In this document: positions 1-8,335 of the stretch, one piece after another
How the letters are laid out: every line of letters begins with the position of its first letter
Numbering within the stretch: position 1 is the stretch's first letter
Source of the DNA: a bacterium
GTDB taxonomy: Bacteria; Sysuimicrobiota; Sysuimicrobiia; Sysuimicrobiales; Kaftiobacteriaceae
DNA: 29,660 bases
Assembly (NCBI GenBank): GCA_044868695.1
Contig: JBIOWP010000040.1
Coordinates: 1 to 29,660 of the forward strand
Direction: 5' to 3'
Position numbers and translations under genes: made by a program
Notes under the pieces: generated by a model
What the model saw: the letters and a program-made list of their open reading frames with translations, nothing else
Told to the model about the DNA's origin: nothing
Database searches by the model: none

Positions 1-653
1 ACGATGACCGCGGCGACATGCTCGGTGGTGAGGCGCAGCCACTTCGGCATCAGGTATCCGGTGTTGGCCCGGCGGCCGCGGCGGAACTCCGTGCCTTCCA
101 CCGTGGCCGGATAGACTCCGCAGACCGCGATCCCCTGCGGGCCCAACTCGCGCCGGAACGCTTCCGTGAGTCCCCGCAGTCCGAACTTCGTGGCGTTGTA
201 CACGGAGGTCGTGGGGACGGCGAGCAGCCCTGCGATCGAGGACACGTTGATGATGACGCCGCGGCCGCGGGCGAGCATCAGCGGCGTGACGGCCCGGGCC
301 ATCACGATGGGCGCGACGAGGTTCACGGCGACTTCGGCGCGGATGTCCGCCACGTCGAGCTCATCGATCCAGTTGTACCGGCCCTGCCCCGCGTTGTTGA
401 CCAGCACGTCGACCTGCCCGTATCGCGACGCCGCCGCATCTACGATCCGGAACGCCTCTTCGGCCTGCGTGAGATCGGCGGTGATGGGGAGGCTGTCCGG
501 CAGGGAGGCGGCCACCTGGCGCAGGCGGTCTTCGCGGCGCGCCACCAGCACCACGCGGTCGCCCCGCGCACCGAACGCCCGCGCCGTCGCCTCACCGATC
601 CCGCTGCTGGCGCCGGTGACGATGACGACCCGGCCGCTGACGCGAGTCTCCAC
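1..653 (-). CDS. Short-chain dehydrogenase/reductase (SDR), 3' end runs off the window
   Basis: Not in the ORF track; manual minus-strand translation from GTG 653 (alternative GTG 662; in-frame TAG at 666-668 bounds it) gives VETRVSGRVVIVTGASSGIG (TGxxxGxG), VLVNNAG, VIINVSS and catalytic YNATK. Confidence 0.92.
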   Translation of the reverse strand, partial: METRVSGRVVIVTGASSGIGEATARAFGARGDRVVLVARREDRLRQVAASLPDSLPITADLTQAEEAFRIVDAAASRYGQVDVLVNNAGQGRYNWIDELDVADIRAEVAVNLVAPIVMARAVTPLMLARGRGVIINVSSIAGLLAVPTTSVYNATKFGLRGLTEAFRRELGPQGIAVCGVYPATVEGTEFRRGRRANTGYLMPKWLRLTTEHVAAVI

Positions 654-789
654 AGTCTTCACAGTCTACTCAGTCTGCACAGTCTCCACAGTCTGCACGG
701 TCCACTCAGTCTTCCCAGTCTACAGGCACTGCCAATTAAGAGGGTTGGAGACCGGGAAGACCGTGAAGACTGTGGAGACCGGGTAGACT
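645..789. repeat. Inverted array of degenerate 9-bp tandem repeats
   Basis: Nine units of about AGTCTNCAC at 645-725, a 19-bp spacer at 726-744, then five reverse-complement units of about GTGNAGACY at 745-789. Confidence 0.93.
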
Positions 790-2117
790 CATGTCACCGC
801 GGCGATCGACTCCCGGAGAATGTTGATCATGCGGTCGACCTGGGCGTCGGTGACGACCAGGGGCGGGGCGAGGCAGAGCGTGTCGCCGATCGGGTGGTCG
901 CCGGCCTGACCGGTCCGGATCCGCGTGATCAAGCCGCGGCGCCTGGCTTCCGCCACCACTCTGGCACCGACGCCCAGCGCGGGCGCCTTGGTGGTCCGGT
1001 CGGCAACCAGTTCGATCCCGCACATCAACCCCAGTCCCCGCACATCGCCGACAGAGGGCAGGTCGCGCAGGGTCTGCGCCCGCGTCTGCAATCGTGCGCC
1101 CATCGCCGCCGCCCGCTCAACGAGGTGCTCGCGCTCGAACAGGTCGAGGTTTGCGAGCCCCACCGCGCAGCAGGTCGGATGGCCCGAGTATGTGGCCGCG
1201 TGCATGAATCGCTCGGCGGCCGGCGCCTGCATGATGGCCTCATGGATTTTGCGGGAGATCATCACGCCCCCCAGCGGCAGATACGCGCTGGTCACTCCTT
1301 TGGCGAAACTCACCAGATCAGGCTGCACGCCCCAGTGCCCCAGCGCAAACCATCGTCCGGTGCGGCCGAAACCTGTGATGACTTCGTCCGCAATGAACAG
1401 GACATCGTAGCGGTCGCAGATGGCGCGCACAGCCGGGAAGTAGTCCGGCGCCGGCGGAATCACCCCGCCGGCACCGATGACCGGCTCGGCGATGAACGCC
1501 GCGACGGTGTCGGGTCCCTCTGTCTTGATGGCCTCCTCCAGCGCGCCGACCATCGAGCCCGGATAGCGGTACGGGTACGACGGGAGGATATGCATGAAAC
1601 CTGGCACTGTGGGCTGGAACATCGTGTGGAAGGACCGGATGCCTGTGGCGCTCATCGCCCCCAGGGTCAGGCCATGATATCCATGAATCCGCGAGATGAT
1701 CTTCGTCTTCCCGGTCCGGCCCTGCCGGCGCCAGAAGTAGCGGGCGAGCTTGAACGCGGTCTCATTGGACTCCGCCCCGCCGGTGGTAAAGTACACGCCC
1801 GAGAGGGTTGGATAGGCGATCCGCAGGAGCCGTTCCGCCAGGCGCACGGCCGGTTCGTTCGTGTAGCCGGCGTACGCCGAGGCATAGGCCAGGGTGCGCA
1901 TCTGGGCGGCCGCCGCGTCGGCGAGCTCCGCGCGCCCGTGGCCGGCGTTCACGTTCCACAGTGACGCCAGACCGTCGAGATATTCGTTGCCGGCGGCATC
2001 GCGCAGTACGGCGCCGTGCCCTTCGACGAAGACCACCGGGGCCTGATGGTCGGCGGGATGGTGCAAGGGGTGGATCAGCGCGGCAAGGTCGGTCGTCACC
2101 AGCGTCCGGACATCCAT
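789..2117 (-). CDS. Class III PLP-dependent aminotransferase (omega-amino acid/BioA-like)
   Basis: YLDGLASLWNVNAGHG, FIAEPVIGAGG, FIADEVITGFGRTG, PLP lysine in SFAKG, TYSGHP. Start set at ATG 2117 (MDVRTLVTTDLAALIHP), where family-like sequence begins; 442 aa. Confidence 0.95.
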   Translation of the reverse strand: MDVRTLVTTDLAALIHPLHHPADHQAPVVFVEGHGAVLRDAAGNEYLDGLASLWNVNAGHGRAELADAAAAQMRTLAYASAYAGYTNEPAVRLAERLLRIAYPTLSGVYFTTGGAESNETAFKLARYFWRRQGRTGKTKIISRIHGYHGLTLGAMSATGIRSFHTMFQPTVPGFMHILPSYPYRYPGSMVGALEEAIKTEGPDTVAAFIAEPVIGAGGVIPPAPDYFPAVRAICDRYDVLFIADEVITGFGRTGRWFALGHWGVQPDLVSFAKGVTSAYLPLGGVMISRKIHEAIMQAPAAERFMHAATYSGHPTCCAVGLANLDLFEREHLVERAAAMGARLQTRAQTLRDLPSVGDVRGLGLMCGIELVADRTTKAPALGVGARVVAEARRRGLITRIRTGQAGDHPIGDTLCLAPPLVVTDAQVDRMINILRESIAAVT

Positions 2118-2240
2118 ACACACACTGTTAGCCCCGCAGGCGGGAAGCCCTGCGGGGCCGCCAGGTCCCGCCCGTTGCGATTGAGTGGGAAGGAGCGCAC
2201 CCTGCGCGGGTGTAATAGGACAGTCATTTCTCGGTTCCCT

Positions 2241-3170
2241 GTGTCGGAGGTCAAACTGCCTGCTCACGACGCCGCCGCATCCCGCCGGGCGGCCGCGCCG
2301 GCGCGACCCCGCGTCCGTCCTCCGGTGACGCCGTGGCAGCGGGTGAAGCGCAATCGCGCCGCGCTGTTCGGACTGGTGGTGGTGGCGGTGGTGAGTACCG
2401 GCGCGATGCTGGCACCGTGGTTCGCGCCCTACGATCCCGCGCAGCAGTTTTTCGACGGCCTGACGCAGGAAGGACGTCCACTGGCGCCCAACCCCCGGTT
2501 CTGGCTCGGCACCGATCTGCTGGGACGGGACCTGCTGTCACGCTTGATCTTCGGGGCACGCATCTCGCTGCTGATCGGCGTGGCCGCCAACGCGGCGGCG
2601 CTGAGCATCGGCACCGCGTTCGGCCTGGTCGCCGGCTACTTCCGCGGGTGGGTCGGCACGGCGTTCATGCGGCTGACCGACATGATGATGGCATTTCCGG
2701 CGCTGATCCTGGCCATCGCGCTGGCGGCGATCCTGCGGCCGAGCCTGTGGATCGTGGCGCTGGTCATCGCCATGGTGAACTGGGTCTGGATCGCGCGGGT
2801 CATCCACAGCCAGGTGCTGTCGATCAGCCAGCGTGAATTCATCGACGCGGCCCGGGCGCTGGGCGTGCCGACGTGGCGGATTTTCTGGAGACACCTGTTC
2901 CCGCACCTCCTGCCCATCCTGCTGGTGTGGGGAACGCTGGGCATTTCGACGACGGTAATGTTCGAGGCGTCGCTCTCATTCCTGGGCGTCGGGGTGCGGC
3001 CGCCGACTCCCAGCTGGGGCGGCACCATCAACGAGAGCCAGTCGTACTTCCTGGAGGCGCCGTGGCTGGTGGCATGCCCGGGCGCCGCGATCCTCCTGAC
3101 CTCTCTCGCCTTCAACCTGGTGGGCGACGCGCTGCGTGACGCGATCGACCCGCAGCTGAGGGGCCGCTGA
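2241..3170 (+). CDS. Peptide/nickel-type ABC transporter permease (DppC/OppC family)
   Basis: WLGTDLLGRDLLSRLIFGARISL, EFIDAARALG (EAA loop), SFLGVGVRPPTPSWG. Start uncertain: GTG 2241, CTG 2256 or GTG 2325. Confidence 0.93.
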   Translation: MSEVKLPAHDAAASRRAAAPARPRVRPPVTPWQRVKRNRAALFGLVVVAVVSTGAMLAPWFAPYDPAQQFFDGLTQEGRPLAPNPRFWLGTDLLGRDLLSRLIFGARISLLIGVAANAAALSIGTAFGLVAGYFRGWVGTAFMRLTDMMMAFPALILAIALAAILRPSLWIVALVIAMVNWVWIARVIHSQVLSISQREFIDAARALGVPTWRIFWRHLFPHLLPILLVWGTLGISTTVMFEASLSFLGVGVRPPTPSWGGTINESQSYFLEAPWLVACPGAAILLTSLAFNLVGDALRDAIDPQLRGR

Positions 3171-4090
3171 TGGCGGCGTACGCGGTGCGCCGGCTGGTGC
3201 AGGCGGCGGTGATCCTGCTCGGGATCACGCTGATCACGTTCGCGCTGCTCTACGCGCTGCCCGCCGATCCGGCGCGCATGATCGCCGGGCGCAGCGCAAC
3301 GGTCGAGACGGTGGCGCGCATCCGGGCGGAACTCGGCCTGGACCATCCGCTGCCGGTCCAGTACGCGCGCTACCTCAGCCGCCTGGTCCGCGGAGACCTG
3401 GGCCGGTCGTACGCCCAGAAGGTCGAGGTGGCGGACCTGCTGCGCTCGCGCCTGGGCGCGACCTTCTGGCTGATGGCCGGCGGCATCACGTTCGAGCTGC
3501 TCATCGGCCTTCCCGCCGGGATGCTGGCCGGGCTGCGGCGGCGCTCGGCGGTCGACCGCACCGTCATGGTCGGCGCCTTCCTGGGGGTCTCGGCCCCGCA
3601 ATTTGTCGTGGGGCTGTTCCTGCTGTACTGGCTGGCCTACCGCTGGGGGCTGTTCCCGCTGGGCGGCTACGGGAGCCCGGCGCACCTGGTCCTGCCCGCG
3701 TTTGCGCTGGGCATCGCCGGCGGCGGGTGGTACGCGCGCGTCATGCGCTCCGCGATGCTGGACGTGATCCACCAGGACTACGTGCGGACGGCGCGCGCGA
3801 AGGGACTGAACGAACCGGCGGTGGTCCTCAAGCATGCGGTGCGCAACGCGCTGCTGCCGGTGGTGTCGATGGTGGGCCTGGACATCGGCACCTTCATGGG
3901 CGGGGTCGTCATCGTCGAGTCGGTGTTCAGCTGGCCGGGCATCGGACAGCTGGCCTGGCAGGCCATCCAGATCGTGGACATCCCGGTGATCATGGGCGTC
4001 GTCGTGGTGTCGGCGCTGGCCATCATCACCGGAAACCTGCTGGCGGATCTCGCCTACCCGCTGCTGGATCCGAAGATCCGGTATGGCTGA
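3170..4090 (+). CDS. Peptide-type ABC transporter permease (DppB/OppB family)
   Basis: LGLDHPLPVQY, GDLGRS, DYVRTARAKGL, ESVFSWPGIG, LLDPKIR; TGATG coupling with the upstream gene. Confidence 0.95.
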   Translation: MAAYAVRRLVQAAVILLGITLITFALLYALPADPARMIAGRSATVETVARIRAELGLDHPLPVQYARYLSRLVRGDLGRSYAQKVEVADLLRSRLGATFWLMAGGITFELLIGLPAGMLAGLRRRSAVDRTVMVGAFLGVSAPQFVVGLFLLYWLAYRWGLFPLGGYGSPAHLVLPAFALGIAGGGWYARVMRSAMLDVIHQDYVRTARAKGLNEPAVVLKHAVRNALLPVVSMVGLDIGTFMGGVVIVESVFSWPGIGQLAWQAIQIVDIPVIMGVVVVSALAIITGNLLADLAYPLLDPKIRYG

Positions 4091-4121
4091 GACACGTACT
4101 CCACTCACAGGGGGTGAGGGC

Positions 4122-5741
4122 ATGAGGCACAGATGGATCGTGCCGGCGGCGCTGGCCGCCGCGGCGCTGCTGGCATCGCTGGTCCCCGCGAGCTTCGGCC
4201 AGGGTCGCGGGAAGTCCATGATCGTGACCTTCAAGGACGACATCAGCACGCTGGACGCGGCGATCGGCTACGACTGGCAGAACTGGTCGATCATCAAGTC
4301 CATCTTCGACGGGCTGATGGACTACGAGCCGGGCACCACGAAGCTGGTGCCGCATCTCGCGGAGTCGTATGCGGTCTCCGCGGACGGCAAGACGTACACG
4401 TTCACCCTGCGCCGCGGGGTGAAGTTCCATAACGGCCGCGAGGTGGCGGCCGCGGACTTCAAGTACTCCCTGGAACGCGTGCTGAATCCGAAGACCCAGA
4501 GCCCCGGCGCAGGGTTCTTCAGCAACATCACCGGCGCGGGGGCCTTCAGCGAGGGCAAAGCGACGGAGGTCGGCGGGATCAAGGTCCTCGACACGTACCG
4601 GGTGGCCGTCACCCTCGACAAACCCAATGCCGCGTTCCTGCACACGATGGCGTTGAACTTTTCCCACGTGGTGCCTAAGGAAGAGGTGGAGAAGGCCGGC
4701 GCGGACTTCGGGCACACACCGGTCGGGACCGGCGCGTTCAAGGTCAAAGAGTGGGTCCTGGGCCAGCGCCTGGTGCTGGTGCGCAATCCTGACTACTTCC
4801 TCCGGGGCCGGCCCTACCTGGACGAGATCGTGTTCCAGGTCGGCGTGGAACCCAACGTGGCGTTTCTCAAACTCCAGCGCGGCGAGGTCGACATCCTCGG
4901 CGACGGCATCCCGCCGGCGGAGTTCGTGAAGGTCATGAACGACGGCACCCTGAAGAGGCTGGTGGCCGTCGGCGACCAGCTGCAGACCGGGTACGTGACC
5001 ATCAACACGCAGGTCAAACCCTTCACCGACGTGCGGGTGCGCCGGGCGGTGAACATGGCCGTCGACAAGGCCCGCATTGTCCGCATCATCAACAACCGCG
5101 CGGTGCCGGCCAGCCAGGTCCTGCCGCCGCTGATGCCGGGCTACAACAAAGAGTACAAGGGATATGCGCTGGACCGCGCGCAGGCGAAGAAGCTGCTGGC
5201 CGAGGCGGGGTTCCCCACCGGCTTTTCGACGGTGCTCTACGCCAACAACACCGACCCCAACCCGCGCATCGCGCAGGCCATCCAGCAAGACCTGGCGGCG
5301 ATCGGAATCAAGGTCGAGCTGAAGACGCTCGCCCAGAGTACCGTGATCGAAGCCGGCGGCACGAAAGGCCAGGCGCCGCTCATCTGGTCGGGCGGCATGG
5401 CCTGGATCGCCGACTACCCCGACCCCAACAACTTCTACTGGCCGATTCTCTCCTGCGCGTCGCTGGCGCCGGGGACGTGGAACTGGGCCTGGTACTGCAA
5501 TCAGAGCGTCGAGAAGCAGGTGGAAGCCGCCGACGCGCTGGTCCAGGCCAATCAGGCCGCGACCCGTGAGACGAGGTTCCGCGAGCTATACCGCACGGTC
5601 ATGAACGACGCCCCGTGGATTCCCGTCTTCCACGAGAAGCGGTACACGATGCACTCCGCCCGGATGGGCGGCGCGCAGGGATTGTTTGTCGATCCGATCC
5701 ACATTCCGGTGCACTACGACGAGGTCCAGATCGTGAAGTGA
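4122..5741 (+). CDS. ABC substrate-binding protein, family 5 (DppA/OppA-like)
   Basis: Signal peptide, IFDGLMDY, LAESYAVSADGKTYTFTLRRGVKFHNG, PVGTGAFK; GGGGTGAGG RBS before ATG 4122. Confidence 0.95.
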   Translation: MRHRWIVPAALAAAALLASLVPASFGQGRGKSMIVTFKDDISTLDAAIGYDWQNWSIIKSIFDGLMDYEPGTTKLVPHLAESYAVSADGKTYTFTLRRGVKFHNGREVAAADFKYSLERVLNPKTQSPGAGFFSNITGAGAFSEGKATEVGGIKVLDTYRVAVTLDKPNAAFLHTMALNFSHVVPKEEVEKAGADFGHTPVGTGAFKVKEWVLGQRLVLVRNPDYFLRGRPYLDEIVFQVGVEPNVAFLKLQRGEVDILGDGIPPAEFVKVMNDGTLKRLVAVGDQLQTGYVTINTQVKPFTDVRVRRAVNMAVDKARIVRIINNRAVPASQVLPPLMPGYNKEYKGYALDRAQAKKLLAEAGFPTGFSTVLYANNTDPNPRIAQAIQQDLAAIGIKVELKTLAQSTVIEAGGTKGQAPLIWSGGMAWIADYPDPNNFYWPILSCASLAPGTWNWAWYCNQSVEKQVEAADALVQANQAATRETRFRELYRTVMNDAPWIPVFHEKRYTMHSARMGGAQGLFVDPIHIPVHYDEVQIVK

Positions 5742-6664
5742 GTTACAAGACGATCCACGCACAGCGCCATCACTTCGGCTGGAACAATGCCTTTGAGCCG
5801 GTCCTGCGGGTCGTGCCGGGCGAGACCGTGGTCCTCGAGGTCGTAGACGCCAGCGGCGGACAGTTGAGCCAGGCGTCCACGACCAGGGACGTCGCCGCGC
5901 TGGACTTCGCCCGCGTGAATCCTGTGACCGGCCCGGTGTACGTCGAGGGGGCGCAGCCCGGTGACGCGCTGGTGGTGGAGATCGTCGACTTCGAAAGCAG
6001 CGGGTGGGGATGGACGGCCATCATTCCCGGCTTCGGGCTGCTGGCCGACGACTTCCCCACCCCATTTCTTCGCATCTCCCGGTACGGCGCCGGGGGGGTT
6101 GAGTTCGCCCCCGGCATCCGGTTGCCGGTCCGGCCGTTTCCGGGCACGATCGGGGTCGCCCCTGCCGAGCCGGGGCTGCACTCGGTGGTCCCGCCGCGCG
6201 AGGTCGGCGGCAACATGGACATCCGTGATCTCACCCGGGGCACCACGCTGTGGCTGCCGGTGGCGGTGCCCGGGGCGCTGTTCTCCGTGGGAGACACACA
6301 CGCCGCGCAGGGCGACGGTGAGGTGTGCGGGACGGCGATCGAGTCGCCGATGGCGGTCACGCTGACGTTCGGGCTGCAGAAGGCCGCGAAGCTGCGGCGG
6401 CCGCAGTTCGCGACCCCGTCGGCCCCGACGCGCCACGTGGACGAGCGTGGGTATCATGCCACCACCGGCATCGCCCCGGACCTGATGCAGGCGGCCCGGG
6501 ACGCCGTGCGGGACATGATTGATCACCTCGGCAAGACACGCGGTGTCGCGCCGGACCTGGCCTACGCGCTGTGCAGCGTGGCCGCGGACCTCCGCATCAG
6601 CGAGGTGGTCGACATCCCGAATTGGGTCGTTTCGGCCTACCTGCCCAATTCGATCTTTGCGTAG
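5738..6664 (+). CDS. Acetamidase/formamidase family protein
   Basis: NPVTGPVYVEGAQPGD, PFPGTIGVAP, GGNMDIRDL, GDTHAAQGDGEVCGTAIE; GTGA overlap with the SBP stop. Confidence 0.95.
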   Translation: MSYKTIHAQRHHFGWNNAFEPVLRVVPGETVVLEVVDASGGQLSQASTTRDVAALDFARVNPVTGPVYVEGAQPGDALVVEIVDFESSGWGWTAIIPGFGLLADDFPTPFLRISRYGAGGVEFAPGIRLPVRPFPGTIGVAPAEPGLHSVVPPREVGGNMDIRDLTRGTTLWLPVAVPGALFSVGDTHAAQGDGEVCGTAIESPMAVTLTFGLQKAAKLRRPQFATPSAPTRHVDERGYHATTGIAPDLMQAARDAVRDMIDHLGKTRGVAPDLAYALCSVAADLRISEVVDIPNWVVSAYLPNSIFA

Positions 6665-6714
6665 CTCGACGTTTCGCGTGGCGGAACAGAAGGTCACCGA
6701 AGGAGGCTATGAGC

Positions 6715-7605
6715 ATGCGCAGGGGTGCGATCTGGCTTACCCTCGTCTTGACGGTCGGGATGCTGGTCCAGACAGCCGCCACGGCGCCGATGGCGCCGCC
6801 GATTCAGGTCAGTGGGTTCTCCACACCGGAGTCGATTCTGTACGATGCCCGGAGCGACGTGTACCTCGTCAGCAACATCAATGGGAATCCCACCGCGGCC
6901 GACGGGAATGGGTTCATCTCCCGGGTGGCTCCGGACGGTCAGGTGCTGGAGCTGAAGTGGATCGACGGCACGACATCCGGCGTCCGCCTGAACGCCCCCA
7001 AGGGGATGGCCGTCGCCGGCGACACGCTGTATGTCTCCGACATCACGGCAGTCCGGATGTTCGACCGGCGGACCGGCGCGCCCAAAGGGTCCGTGGTGAT
7101 CCTGGGTTCAACCTTCGTCAACGACCTGGCCGCCGGCCGGGACGGTACGGTGTACGCGACGGACTCGGGCCTGCGGCCGGACTTCAGCCCATCCGGGACG
7201 GATGCAGTGTACAAGATTGACGCCTCCGGCCGCCTGACGCCGGTCGCCAAAGGCTCATCGCTGAACGGCCCCAACGGCATCACGGTGCTGCCGGACGGTA
7301 CGCTGGTCGTCGTCACCTTCAGCCCTGCCGGCGAGGTGTACAACTTGGGAGTGGACGGCTCGAAGCAAAACGTGCGAAAGCTGCCGTCGGGTAACCTCGA
7401 CGGCGTCGAGGCGCTCCCAGGCGGCACGCTGTTGATCTCTTCGTGGGGCGCGTCGGCGGTCTTTCAACTGGAGCGGGACGGCTCGGTGAAGACGGTGGTC
7501 GCCAACGTGCCGTCGCCGGCGGACATCGGCTACGACACGAAGCGCGACCGGGTGCTGATTCCTATCTTCATGGAGAACCGCCTGGTGCTCCAGCCGCTAC
7601 GTTAG
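6715..7605 (+). CDS. Exported SMP-30/gluconolactonase/LRE-like beta-propeller protein
   Basis: Signal peptide; GFSTPES, LNAPKGMA, FVNDLA, GPNGI, LDGV, SPADIGYD blade motifs; AGGAGG 8 nt before ATG 6715. Confidence 0.85.
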   Translation: MRRGAIWLTLVLTVGMLVQTAATAPMAPPIQVSGFSTPESILYDARSDVYLVSNINGNPTAADGNGFISRVAPDGQVLELKWIDGTTSGVRLNAPKGMAVAGDTLYVSDITAVRMFDRRTGAPKGSVVILGSTFVNDLAAGRDGTVYATDSGLRPDFSPSGTDAVYKIDASGRLTPVAKGSSLNGPNGITVLPDGTLVVVTFSPAGEVYNLGVDGSKQNVRKLPSGNLDGVEALPGGTLLISSWGASAVFQLERDGSVKTVVANVPSPADIGYDTKRDRVLIPIFMENRLVLQPLR

Positions 7606-8273
7606 CTTTCCTTGACGAGCGGGCGGCACGGACCCAGGCCCGTGGTAATCGGCAGGGCGATACTGTAGTTTGACGGCGAGTTGCTGGCAATGAAGATGCC
7701 GACGACGAAGCCCTTGCTGTCCAGCACCGGCGAGCCGCTGGCACCCTGGTTTAGCGCGGGTTTGAACACCACCATGGGCGTGTTGACGCGCCGGCCGGAC
7801 AGGATGGCCGTCTTGATGACGTTGGTGACCCGCCCGTAGACGACCGTCCACTTCCGGCCCGGGTATCCGCCGACGCGCAGAGTTTCGCCGACCTTCACCG
7901 TCCGGTAGGCGATCCGGTAGCGCGGGGTGCCTTTGGGCAGCCTCGCCGTGATGACCGCCGTGTCACGGTCGGGCGCCCTGCAGAGCACGCGGCCGGTGAC
8001 TTTCGCTTTCGGAAGGATGATCTCCACCGCACCGGACACCGCGTGTCTGGCGGTCAGAACGGTTTCCGGGCCGACGATCACGCCGGTTCCATAGCGGATG
8101 GTATCGCGCTCGCGCGTCACCAGCTGGGGGATTGCGCGGCGATCGGGCATCGTGAGGATCGGACCCTCGGCAAACACCGGCTCTGTCGTCATGGACGCGC
8201 CGGCGGTGACGGCCGCGACGATCCAGAGGACAGCCCGCGCTCTACGACCCTGGACAGTGGACAAGGGGGTCAT
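7602..8273 (-). CDS. Secreted or membrane-anchored trypsin-like (S1) serine protease
   Basis: Triad motifs LTARHAV (His), DTAVI (Asp), GASGSPVL (Ser); N-terminal hydrophobic segment. Start at ATG 8273 or 8285. Confidence 0.88.
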   Translation of the reverse strand: MTPLSTVQGRRARAVLWIVAAVTAGASMTTEPVFAEGPILTMPDRRAIPQLVTRERDTIRYGTGVIVGPETVLTARHAVSGAVEIILPKAKVTGRVLCRAPDRDTAVITARLPKGTPRYRIAYRTVKVGETLRVGGYPGRKWTVVYGRVTNVIKTAILSGRRVNTPMVVFKPALNQGASGSPVLDSKGFVVGIFIASNSPSNYSIALPITTGLGPCRPLVKES

Positions 8274-8335
8274 CGGTTCTAGCATACCCTACCCGCATGC
8301 GACGCAGGCAGGAAGGCGCGACTCTTTTCGCCAGG

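Noticed and set aside
645..789. CRISPR array or peptide-repeat protein (LHSLHS in ORF 18-1964)
   Set aside because: Units are 9 bp with no unique spacers and no cas genes; ORF 18-1964 is the antisense shadow of the SDR and aminotransferase.
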